Shown here piece by piece: positions 16,929-25,093 of a DNA stretch of 64,000 bases. The first letter of the stretch is position 1. Every line of letters begins with the position of its first letter. The position numbers and the translations under genes were made by a program. Below the pieces are notes generated by a model. The model made no database searches, was not told where the DNA came from, and saw only the letters and a program-made list of their open reading frames with translations. Source of the DNA: Planctomycetota bacterium (GTDB lineage Bacteria > Planctomycetota > MHYJ01 > JACPTZ01); NCBI GenBank assembly GCA_016192525.1, contig JACPTZ010000154.1:4290-68289 (forward strand), given 5' to 3'.

Positions 16929-18212
16929 CTACCCCACCCTCTCCCGCATGAACTTTCCCATCGCGTCGTAGGCGGTTTCGAGCTCCGCGGTCGGGAGCAG
17001 GAACACGATCCGGAAGTACGGGCCGTCGAGCGCCGAGGAGAAGCCGGCGCCGTGCACGGTGAGGATCCCGGTCGCCTCCAGCAGGTCCAACACGAACGCC
17101 TGATCGTCCTTCCACGCGCTCTTCTCGATCTTCGGAAACGCGTAGAAGGCGGCCTGCGGGGCCACGCACGACAGGCCCGGGATGGCGTTGAGCCGCTTCG
17201 TGGTGAGGGCGGCGCGTTCGCGCAACTTCGCGATCACGCCGGGGAGAAAGTCCATCGGTCCGGTGAGACCCGCCAGGAAGGCCTGCTGGATCGGGTGGTT
17301 CGAACAGAGGCGGGCCCGTCCGAGTCGCGCCGCCCCGTCGCGGACCCCCTCGAGCTCCTTCCCGTGGAAGGCGAGATAGCCGCAGCGGGCGCCGGGAAAG
17401 ATGAAGACTTTCGACATGCTGTACCCCACGATCACCGGCACGTCGCCCCGCAGCGCCATCAGGTCCGGACCTTGGTGGGGCAGGCGTCCCGCCTGCCCCG
17501 GCGCGGGCGGGACGCTCGCGCCACTTGCGGGGCGGGCGTCCCCGCCCGCCCCGGCGCAGGCAGGGAGGCCTGCGCCACGAGGGGCAAAGGTCAGCCGATC
17601 GTACGCCTGATCGAGAAAGATCGGGATCTTCGCCCACCGCGCGATCTCGACCAGCCCCTTCAGCGTCGTCTCCGAGTAGACCACGCCGGTCGGGTTGTTC
17701 GGGTCGATCACCACGAGACACCGCGTCCGCGGGGTGACCAGGCTCCGGACGTGATCGAGGTCCGGCTCCCATGTCCTCGGATCGCACCGGTAGAGGGCCG
17801 GGTGCGCCTCGAACAGGTTCGCCAGCGCCTGGTAGAGCGGGTAGCAGGGCGAGGGCAGAAGGACGTCATCGCCTGCATCGAGCATCGAGGCGAAACAGGC
17901 GAGAATCCCCTCGCTCATCGCGGCGGTGACGAGCACGTCGTCGACCTTCACCTTCTCGCGCGCCGCGATCGCCTCCCGCAGGGCCGGGATCCCCTCGCTC
18001 GGGGCATACGACGTGAACTTCGTGTCGCGCGCCGCCCTGGCGAAGGCCTCCATGACGTGCGGGGGCGGGGCGAAGTCGAACTTGTTCGGGTCGCCGATGT
18101 TCAGGTACGTCACCTGGCGACCGGTGGCCTCGAGCCGCTTCCCGGCGGCGACGATGTCGCGGATCGCATACTCGACCCCGGCGATGCGCCGGGCGACATG
18201 GACGGGGGGCAT
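16929..18212 (-). CDS. Class I/II pyridoxal-phosphate aminotransferase (AlaA/AspC-like) carrying an internal ~35-aa insertion
   Basis: YLNIGDPNKFDF, NPTGVVY, DQAYDRL and the PLP-lysine motif YSMSKVF. Start at ATG 18212 (MPPVHVARR...). The upstream R/P-rich extension of track ORF 16929..18458 is rejected. Confidence 0.85.
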   Translation of the reverse strand: MPPVHVARRIAGVEYAIRDIVAAGKRLEATGRQVTYLNIGDPNKFDFAPPPHVMEAFARAARDTKFTSYAPSEGIPALREAIAAREKVKVDDVLVTAAMSEGILACFASMLDAGDDVLLPSPCYPLYQALANLFEAHPALYRCDPRTWEPDLDHVRSLVTPRTRCLVVIDPNNPTGVVYSETTLKGLVEIARWAKIPIFLDQAYDRLTFAPRGAGLPACAGAGGDARPASGASVPPAPGQAGRLPHQGPDLMALRGDVPVIVGYSMSKVFIFPGARCGYLAFHGKELEGVRDGAARLGRARLCSNHPIQQAFLAGLTGPMDFLPGVIAKLRERAALTTKRLNAIPGLSCVAPQAAFYAFPKIEKSAWKDDQAFVLDLLEATGILTVHGAGFSSALDGPYFRIVFLLPTAELETAYDAMGKFMRERVG

Positions 18213-18273
18213 GGGGGACTCGCAGAGATCTGGGGGGAGGGGAGGCGCACGGCCTCCGGGGTGACTAACCCCC

Positions 18274-18480
18274 TCAGCAGGAGTCCTTCTTCTTTTCGGG
18301 CTCGGGCGCCGCCGCGGGCTTGGCGGGGGCCGCCGCCGGCTCCGGGGCGGAAGGCGCCCCGGGGGAAGCGGCGCCCGCGGGTTGAGGGGCGGGGACGGAA
18401 GGGGCCCGGGCCTCCTCGAATCCGCACGAGCAGGCGCAGGCGGCGAAGCTCGCCGCACAGAGCAGACGGATCAGGCGCAT
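18274..18480 (-). CDS. Small Pro/Ala-rich lipoprotein candidate
   Basis: MRLIRLLCAASFAACACSCG looks like a signal peptide with a lipobox-like Cys, followed by a PA-rich tail ending KKKDSC. Short and low complexity, so uncertain. Confidence 0.35.
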   Translation of the reverse strand: MRLIRLLCAASFAACACSCGFEEARAPSVPAPQPAGAASPGAPSAPEPAAAPAKPAAAPEPEKKKDSC

Positions 18481-18688
18481 GAGATCCTCCGAACGGGACA
18501 CGGAAGCGAACCGCCGCAATTATACATCGGCGACCGCCGGCCGAGGCGAGAGATTTTCGAGGTGAATCCACGTTGACGCGAAACAGGCGAGGATCGCTTC
18601 GCCGGGACCTGCGGCACGTTCTCTCGGCCCCGCGGCGGAGGATCCCCCCCCCGGGGACGGCGGAAGAGATCCGAAGGCGCCCTGTGCC

Positions 18689-18717
18689 TTGACATCCTAT
18701 GTACCTTGCGTTACAAT
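18689..18717 (+). promoter_or_regulatory. Near-consensus sigma70-type promoter upstream of padR
   Basis: TTGACA (18689-18694), a 17-nt spacer, then TACAAT (18712-18717), 31 nt upstream of the padR ATG. The atgta motif is repeated at 18699 and 18716. Confidence 0.6.
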
Positions 18718-18748
18718 GTAGTGGCGGGGGAACGAAGGGGCGCCGGAG

Positions 18749-19108
18749 ATGGACGACCTCGAGAACTGGACGGTCCAGGTCCGCAAGGGGATCCTCGAGC
18801 TCTGCATCCTCAACACGCTCGAGGAGGGGGAGCGGTACGGCTACGAACTCGTCAAGGCGCTGGTCGCGGTACCCGGACTCGGCGTCACCGAGGGGACCCT
18901 GTACCCGCTCCTCTCCCGCCTCCGCGTCCAGGGATGGGCGACCACCCGACTGGTGGAGTCGCCCGAGGGGCCCGCGCGCAAGTACTACGCCCTGACGCGG
19001 GACGGCCGGAGAACGGCCGCCGCCATGAACAGCTACCTCGACTCCCTCGTAAAGGGATGTCGGGTCCTGCGATCGTCGCCGGTCTCCACCAGAGGAGGGA
19101 AGCCATGA
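18749..19108 (+). CDS. PadR family transcriptional regulator
   Basis: GILELCILNTLEEGERYGYELVK...GTLYPLLSRLRVQGW...KYYALT is the canonical PadR wHTH pattern. The stop overlaps the next ATG (ATGA at 19105-19108). Confidence 0.9.
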   Translation: MDDLENWTVQVRKGILELCILNTLEEGERYGYELVKALVAVPGLGVTEGTLYPLLSRLRVQGWATTRLVESPEGPARKYYALTRDGRRTAAAMNSYLDSLVKGCRVLRSSPVSTRGGKP

Positions 19109-21783
19109 CCGAATGGACCGCCTCGGCCCGGGAAGAAGTGGATCGGTACCTGTCGAGGGCCGCCGATTCCGCGCGGGCGGACGGCGCCGATCCGAAGGAG
19201 GTCGTCGAGGATCTCCGCCGCCACATCGAAGCCGAGGTGGCCGCCGCCGGCATCGCCCTCCTCTCGCGCGAACGCCTGTGCGAAATCCTCGCCCGCCTGG
19301 GGCGTCCCGACCCCCTGCCGCCCGCACCCGCGCCGTCCGCACCTCCGGCGGCCGGCGCGCCGACTCCGGTCGCACCCGCCCGCCCGGTCCCGGGGTGGTG
19401 GAGAAGCCTCCTCGTCATCGTCTTCGGAGTCCTCCTCCCCGCCGGTACGCTCCTGTTCGAACTGGCGAACCACGAATGCGCGGGACTCTTCTTCGACCCC
19501 ATTCCGACCCTCTGGCATGCGGGTCTCATCGCGCTCGTCCCGCTCACCCAGGCCTTTCTCTGGGGGACCTTCCTCCGCGGGAAGCCGCTCCGAAGGCCGG
19601 CCCTGGGAGGCGCCCTGCTCGGCGTTGCCCTGGGGATCTCCGGGTTCTATGCCCTGCTCTTCATCCCGATCGTTCCCGTCGCCTTCGTCGGAATCCTCGC
19701 CATGGGACTGGGATTCCTGCCGCTCTCCCCGCTCCTGTCGTTCCTCGCCGGCCTGCTCGTTCGCGGCGAGCTGCGGCGTGCGGTCGGCTCGGGACGCCCG
19801 GACGCCGTCCGACCACCGGCCACATGGCACGGCATCGTGCTGGCCATGCTGGCGCTCGCCCTCATCGAGACGCCGAGGACCGTCACCCGAGTGGCCGTTC
19901 GCATGACCGCGTCGAGCGACCCGGCCGAGGTCCTCCGGGGAGTGCGCTGGCTTCGGTGGATGTACGACGAGGAGACACTCCTCGCGATGTGCTACGGCCT
20001 TCCTTCCTCACGCGACCTGATCGGCGCCGCCCTGAGCCTCAGTAAGCCCATTACCCCCCCCCAGGCCCAGAACGCCTACTTCCTGGCTACGGGAAGAGGG
20101 TTCTTCGAGGCCGCGCGGCCCTCGCACCCGCGTGTCGCCCGCGGTTGGGCGGACCGCCGGGAAGTCCTGGATTTCGATCAGGGAGGGGACGCCGTGGGGG
20201 GAAGAGTGACCCATCTGACGCTCGAGGAATCGCAGATCGACGGATCGGTGGACGCCGACGCGGCCCTGGCGTATCTCGAGTGGACCCTGACCTTCCGAAA
20301 CGAGTCGGCCTTTCAGCGCGAGGCCCGGGCACAGATCACCCTCCCTCCCGGCGGCCTCGTCTCCCGCCTGACACTCTGGCTCGACGGCGAGGAACGGGAG
20401 GCCGCCTATGCGGCCCGCGGAAAGGTGCGGGAGGCGTACCAGAACGTGGTGGTGAGGCAGAGACTCGACCCGGCCTTCGTGACGACCTGCGGAAAGGACC
20501 GCGTGCTCCTCCAGTGTTTTCCGGTCCCGCCCGGAGGGGGGGTGATGAAGGTGAAGATCGAAATCTCCGCCCCCCTCCAGGTCACGGCGGCGCCGGAGGC
20601 CTTCCTGCCGATGCCGATCCTCATCGAACGGAACTTCGACCTGAACCCGACAACGGGTCACGCCGTGTGGTTCGAGTCCAAAGAGCCCATCGAGACCGTT
20701 TCCGGCGCGCTCAAGTCGGAGCGTCCGAATGAACGCCTCCACGGGGTTCGGGGCCAGGTCAGCGATGCGGCCCTGTCCACGGGAGAGGCGACGCTTCGGG
20801 TCCGGCGCGCGACCGATCGCACGATGGCCTGGACCCTGGTGCCATTTGACGACGAAGGCCGGATCATCCTCCAGACCCTCGAGCCCTCGCCCGTCTCGAA
20901 GTTCCCCCGCCTGGTGGTTGTCGTGGACGGTTCCCGCTCGATGAAGGGGTACCTGCGGGAGATCGCCTTGGCCCTGAAGGCCCTTCCCCCGGAGGCCGAG
21001 TTGTCGATCCTGGTCGCCTCGGACACGGTCCTCGATCTGTCCGGCCCCCTCCGTCAACGCCCTCCCGCGGAGATTGCCGATCTCGCGCGCCAACTGGAGT
21101 CCCTCGACATGGAGGGCGGCTGCGACAACGCGCCCGCCCTCGCCCGGGCGTGGGACCTCGCGGCTGAACACGCCGACGGTGTGATTCTGTGGATTCACGG
21201 TCCGCAGCCCGCCTTGCTCAGCGTCGCGGGGTCGCTGAGGCAACGATGGGAACGGCGCCCGCAGGGACCGGTCACGCATGAGATCCGGGTCCAGGCGGGC
21301 CCCAGTCGGATGACGGAATCGATGAGGGCCGCCTCCTCCCGCCTTCAGACACTTCCGAGGCTCGGAACGCTGGAGCAGGACATCGCCCGCCGCATCGATC
21401 TCTGGAGCGGGAAGATGGCCGGGGTGACGACGATCCGGGAGCGGATTCCGAAACCCGCCGCCCTGGATGAGACCGCCCGGACCTCGATGCACCTGGCGAA
21501 ACTCTGGGCCGGCGAGGAGGTGGACCGGCTGCGCGCAACGCCGGAGGGGCGTGACACCGCCGTGGCCCTCGCTGCCGGCGCCCGCATCGTCACCGAGGTG
21601 AGCGGCGCCGTGGTACTGCAGAACAAGGAACAGTACGCACAGGCCGGGCTGACGCCGGTGGACCCGCAGAGCGTGCCCTCGATCCCGGAGCCTGGAACGA
21701 CCCTGCTGCTCGCGACGGGCGCGGCCGCGATTTGGGCCGGATGCAGGGGAAAGAGGAGGAGGGTCAGATGCCTCGCCGCGTGA
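19105..21783 (+). CDS. Polytopic membrane protein: HAAS/DUF1700-like N-terminus, multiple TM segments, VIT-like domain, vWA domain, C-terminal PEP-CTERM sorting signal
   Basis: SD agaggaggga precedes ATG 19105. N-terminus REEVDRYLSRA...EVVEDLRRHIEAEV...LGRP. Hydrophobic segments in residues ~100-300. FRNESAFQREARAQITLPPGGLVSRLTLWLDGEE (VIT-like). VVVVDGSRSMKG (MIDAS DxSxS). C-terminus VPSIPEPGTTLLLATGAAAIWAGCRGKRRR. Confidence 0.8.
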   Translation: MTEWTASAREEVDRYLSRAADSARADGADPKEVVEDLRRHIEAEVAAAGIALLSRERLCEILARLGRPDPLPPAPAPSAPPAAGAPTPVAPARPVPGWWRSLLVIVFGVLLPAGTLLFELANHECAGLFFDPIPTLWHAGLIALVPLTQAFLWGTFLRGKPLRRPALGGALLGVALGISGFYALLFIPIVPVAFVGILAMGLGFLPLSPLLSFLAGLLVRGELRRAVGSGRPDAVRPPATWHGIVLAMLALALIETPRTVTRVAVRMTASSDPAEVLRGVRWLRWMYDEETLLAMCYGLPSSRDLIGAALSLSKPITPPQAQNAYFLATGRGFFEAARPSHPRVARGWADRREVLDFDQGGDAVGGRVTHLTLEESQIDGSVDADAALAYLEWTLTFRNESAFQREARAQITLPPGGLVSRLTLWLDGEEREAAYAARGKVREAYQNVVVRQRLDPAFVTTCGKDRVLLQCFPVPPGGGVMKVKIEISAPLQVTAAPEAFLPMPILIERNFDLNPTTGHAVWFESKEPIETVSGALKSERPNERLHGVRGQVSDAALSTGEATLRVRRATDRTMAWTLVPFDDEGRIILQTLEPSPVSKFPRLVVVVDGSRSMKGYLREIALALKALPPEAELSILVASDTVLDLSGPLRQRPPAEIADLARQLESLDMEGGCDNAPALARAWDLAAEHADGVILWIHGPQPALLSVAGSLRQRWERRPQGPVTHEIRVQAGPSRMTESMRAASSRLQTLPRLGTLEQDIARRIDLWSGKMAGVTTIRERIPKPAALDETARTSMHLAKLWAGEEVDRLRATPEGRDTAVALAAGARIVTEVSGAVVLQNKEQYAQAGLTPVDPQSVPSIPEPGTTLLLATGAAAIWAGCRGKRRRVRCLAA

Positions 21784-22583
21784 GAGGGGACACCCTGGCG
21801 CTGATCCTGCAGATCGCGGCCTTCTGGCCCGTCTGGGCGAGGGGGGGCGAACGCCTCATGTCCTCGTCCGAGGAGACCGCGTGGGGGGTTCTGTCGTTGA
21901 TCACGGCGGTCGTCTTTCTGCGCCGGGTCGAGCCCGCGCCCGGAGCGAGGAGGCGGGCGCTCATCGTCGCCACGGCCGGAACACTGCTCTACGCCCTCGC
22001 CTGGCCCGTACTGCCTCCATTGCTGCGGGCGGCGGCGGCCCTCGCCGTCCTCGGCGGGACCCTCTTCTCGGGAGGATTGGGGTTCCGGTGGCCGGCCGGC
22101 GCAGGGGCGCTGCTCCTCCTCTCGCTTCCGGTCGTGCCCACGCTGCAGTTCTATCTGGGCTATCCGCTCCGGGTCGCGGCGGCCGCGCCGGCGGTGGCGA
22201 TGCTGCGACTCTCCGGCTTCGCCGGGTCGCGGACCGGGACCTGTTTTGACTGGGGAGGAAGGCTGATCGCCGTCGATGCGCCGTGCAGCGGCGTCCACAT
22301 GCTCTGGGTGGCGCTCTATCTGACGGCGACGCTGGCCTGCCTCTTCGACCTTCCGCTCCGAAGGCTGGCCGCGTCGGCGCTCCTCGCGCTGGGGACGGTC
22401 GTGGTCTGCAATGCATTTCGGGCCGCCGCCCTGTTCGTGCTGGAGTGCGGCGTGATGGCGCCCCCGGCCGGGGCTCACGACGGCATCGGCCTGGCGATCT
22501 TCGCGATGGCCGCGGTGATTCTCGGCGCGGGTCTCCGACGCCTGAGAGAAGGGAGCCCATGCGCCTCACCGCTCTCCATGTAG
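21768..22583 (+). CDS. Exosortase family protein
   Basis: SD aggaggaggg precedes ATG 21768. Multi-TM protein. Catalytic-type motifs DAPCSGVHML (Cys), VVVCNAFRAAALF (Arg) and a downstream His (GAHDGIG). It immediately follows a PEP-CTERM protein. Confidence 0.8.
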   Translation: MPRRVRGDTLALILQIAAFWPVWARGGERLMSSSEETAWGVLSLITAVVFLRRVEPAPGARRRALIVATAGTLLYALAWPVLPPLLRAAAALAVLGGTLFSGGLGFRWPAGAGALLLLSLPVVPTLQFYLGYPLRVAAAAPAVAMLRLSGFAGSRTGTCFDWGGRLIAVDAPCSGVHMLWVALYLTATLACLFDLPLRRLAASALLALGTVVVCNAFRAAALFVLECGVMAPPAGAHDGIGLAIFAMAAVILGAGLRRLREGSPCASPLSM

Positions 22584-22984
22584 CCGTCTGCGCCCTGGCG
22601 GCTCTGGCACCGGCGCTGACGCCGGAGCCGACCTCCCCCCGCTCCCGTCCGGGGCCGCCGTTCCCGGGATTTCCGTCGAGCCTCAAGGGGCGGGCGCTGG
22701 TGGAGCGCCCGCTGACCGCGCGGGAACGTGGGGTCTTTGCGGATTTCCCGGGACGAGCGGGACGGTTTTCGGACGGAGAACGCGAAGTCATCCTGCGTTG
22801 GGTATCGGAGAGAACCCGGCGGCTCCATCCCGCGTCGGAGTGCTTCGCGGCGATCGGCTACACGATTCGCCCCGCCCCGCTCCGCCGCGACGAGCAGGGT
22901 TGGCACTGGGCGGCGCTGTTCGGGGAGACACAGGGGCCCGGGTTGGCGTGGACCATCGCGGAGAGAGTCCCTTCGCCGGAGTAG
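22559..22984 (+). CDS. Small secreted protein, EpsI-like (exosortase accessory candidate)
   Basis: Signal-like MRLTALHVAVCALAALAPA. RRLHPASECFAAIGYTI resembles the EpsI HsPxxClxGxGW core. It overlaps the exosortase 3' end by 25 nt. Confidence 0.4.
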   Translation: MRLTALHVAVCALAALAPALTPEPTSPRSRPGPPFPGFPSSLKGRALVERPLTARERGVFADFPGRAGRFSDGEREVILRWVSERTRRLHPASECFAAIGYTIRPAPLRRDEQGWHWAALFGETQGPGLAWTIAERVPSPE

Positions 22985-22986
22985 CC

Positions 22987-23820
22987 ATGAACTCCATTCG
23001 CGGGTGGGCCCGATCGGTCGTTCCGTTCGCGGTTCGTCTTGAGTGCCGCCGGCTGGCCCGCGGGCCGGAGTGGGTGGTCGAGACACCCACGATCGCGAAG
23101 GTCAGGGCGAAACCCCGCGAGCGGGCGCGCTATCCGCACCTCCTCGCGCGGCATCGCTCCCCCCTGCTCCGCGATCCGGCCCTCGCCGGCACCGGGCTCC
23201 AGCGCGGGAAGGAGCACAACGTCGCGCTAGCCTCCGGTCTTCTGGACGGCCTGATCGTCCCGCCGAACCGGATATTCTCCTATCATCGAACGGTGGGACG
23301 TCCTTCGCGTTTCCGGGGGTTCCGGGACGGACTGGAACTGCACGCCGGGAAGCCGTCGCGCGGGGTCGGTGGGGGATGCTGTCAGGTCTCCAACATGCTC
23401 TTCCTCCTCGCCCTGCGGGGCGGAATGAAGGTGGTGGAGCGGCATCGACACGGCCTCGATCTCTTCCCGGACCATGAACGCACCATCCCCTTCGGGTGCG
23501 GGGCCACGGTGTACTACAACTTCGCGGACCTGCGATTCGAGAACCCGCTGCCCTTTCCGGTGATGCTCGCTCTCGGCATCAGGGACGGTTTCCTCGTCGG
23601 GGAGATCCGATCGGAGTCGGCCCCGGAGTGGACGGTCGAGGTCTACGAGATGGATCACCGCTTTTCTCGCGACGGCGACGCCTGGATTCGCGAGAACCGC
23701 ATTCGCCGCCGCTTCCGCGGCGCCGACGGGGAGATTCTGCTCGATCAGGAGGTCGCCTGCAATCGAGGCCGGGTCCTCTATGACCCCGGGGAGGATCAGA
23801 CATGTGGCGCGCCCTCATGA
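22987..23820 (+). CDS. VanW domain protein
   Basis: IFSYHRTVGRPSRFRGFRDG...GVGGGCCQVSNMLFLLALRGGMKVVERHRHG...GCGATVYYNFADLRFEN matches the VanW pattern (GGGiCQvSstLy...verh.H...DAtV...DlkF.N). Confidence 0.75.
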   Translation: MNSIRGWARSVVPFAVRLECRRLARGPEWVVETPTIAKVRAKPRERARYPHLLARHRSPLLRDPALAGTGLQRGKEHNVALASGLLDGLIVPPNRIFSYHRTVGRPSRFRGFRDGLELHAGKPSRGVGGGCCQVSNMLFLLALRGGMKVVERHRHGLDLFPDHERTIPFGCGATVYYNFADLRFENPLPFPVMLALGIRDGFLVGEIRSESAPEWTVEVYEMDHRFSRDGDAWIRENRIRRRFRGADGEILLDQEVACNRGRVLYDPGEDQTCGAPS

Positions 23821-24758
23821 AGGGGGCCATTCTCGCCGGGTTCGGACGGTTCCCGGGCGGGACACGCCTCTATCGCCATCTCACGCGCGAACGGATGGGC
23901 ACACAGGCCACTCACGTGGACAAGTTGCGACGCGTGTGGCCGGGCTACGTCGGGGTCTGGGAGGGACATGGAACCCTTCGCATGGAAGGGCTCCGGGTCT
24001 GGGTTCACGAGGCGGGATGGACCCCGTACGCGCCGCTGATCAACTACCTCCTCACCGGGAGCGGAGGCATCCTTACGAACGTGGAGGGACGCCTGCTGGA
24101 CAAGTACCTTTCGCGCGCCGTCAACGGGTCCCTCGGGACAGCCCTTCCGCCGGAGCGCTTTCCGCGGGGGCGGCGGCGACGCGTGGAGGGACTTCGCTGG
24201 TGCATGCGGGTCGAGGACGCGCTCCGGGAGATCGGCGCGGAGGTCCACCAGGACGTGAATCCCGCCTCGCTCCCGCTTCCCTCTTCGTCGGTGGATCTCT
24301 GTCACTCGGGTGGCACGCTGGAGCACTACCGCCCTGGCCGGCTCCGGGGGTTTCTGGCCGAGTGCTTCCGAATCCTGCGTCCCGGGGGTGTGGCCTCGCA
24401 TGTCTTCGACCACCGGGATCATCTCTTCCATGCGGACGCGCGGTGGCCTTTCCTCGCCCACTTCGCGCTGCCGGGACCCGTCTATGAGCTGCTGTGCGGC
24501 CACCCGCTCGGCTATCACAACCGGCTCCTGCCGACGGAAGTGGAGAGGCTCTTCGAGGAAGCGGGCTTCGAGAGAATCGTCGTTCGGAGGATGATCCTCC
24601 CGGGGCGCGAATACGTCGAGGAAAAGGCGGCCCTGCGGGGGAAGCAAGGCCTGTCCCGGATGCTGCTGGCGCCCCGTTTCCGCCCGGCCACCGATGAGGA
24701 TCTGCGCACGGCGGCGGCGCACTATCTGTACCGCAAGCCCGCCGCAGCGCAGGATTGA
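23802..24758 (+). CDS. Methyltransferase-fold protein (class I-like C-terminal half; SAM motif I not evident)
   Basis: VDLCHSGGTLEHYRPGRLRGFLAECFRILRPGGVASHVF resembles post-motif II/III of type 11/23 methyltransferases. No clear GxGxG. It overlaps VanW by 19 nt. Confidence 0.45.
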   Translation: MWRALMKGAILAGFGRFPGGTRLYRHLTRERMGTQATHVDKLRRVWPGYVGVWEGHGTLRMEGLRVWVHEAGWTPYAPLINYLLTGSGGILTNVEGRLLDKYLSRAVNGSLGTALPPERFPRGRRRRVEGLRWCMRVEDALREIGAEVHQDVNPASLPLPSSSVDLCHSGGTLEHYRPGRLRGFLAECFRILRPGGVASHVFDHRDHLFHADARWPFLAHFALPGPVYELLCGHPLGYHNRLLPTEVERLFEEAGFERIVVRRMILPGREYVEEKAALRGKQGLSRMLLAPRFRPATDEDLRTAAAHYLYRKPAAAQD

Positions 24759-24765
24759 CACTATC

Positions 24766-24924
24766 GTGGTGAACTTCGATCACCCGAGCCAGATTCCCGC
24801 CTTCGCCGAACCGTGGTTCCTGGCGTTCAAGGCGGACGTGCAGATCCACCCCGTCATGACGATGCAGGACCTTCAGAAGGCGGGTCCGGCCATCGAGAAG
24901 GCGGTGAAGGAGTACGCCTCCTGA
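24766..24924 (+). pseudogene. 5'-truncated remnant of a small conserved gene (retains ...DHPSQIPAFAEPWFLAFKADVQIHPVMTMQDLQKAG...)
   Basis: The frame is open only from inside the methyltransferase 3' end. The only starts in frame are GTG 24766/24769. From memory, the retained segment resembles the C-terminal half of ~100-aa proteins containing FAEPWFLxFNAxV. Confidence 0.35.
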
Positions 24925-25093
24925 GCTGAGCCGGGAAAGTACCCGGCCACCGGACGACGCCCTACCTCGAGAGGCCCTTCACCGGAATCTCCCGCGACCC
25001 CTCGGTCGGGAATGGACCCGTGTCGATGACAACCCGGGCCGTGGCCGGGGACGCCCCTTCCGGAACCTGCCAGGTCCCGGTCGCCTGACTCCC

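Noticed and set aside
16929-18458. An 82-codon N-terminal extension of the aminotransferase (track ORF start 18458) and the overlapping frame 18110..19375(-).
   Set aside because: The extension is R/P/S-rich low complexity. The conserved aminotransferase N-terminus begins at MPPVHVARR (ATG 18212). A separate lipoprotein-like ORF occupies 18274-18480 in another frame.
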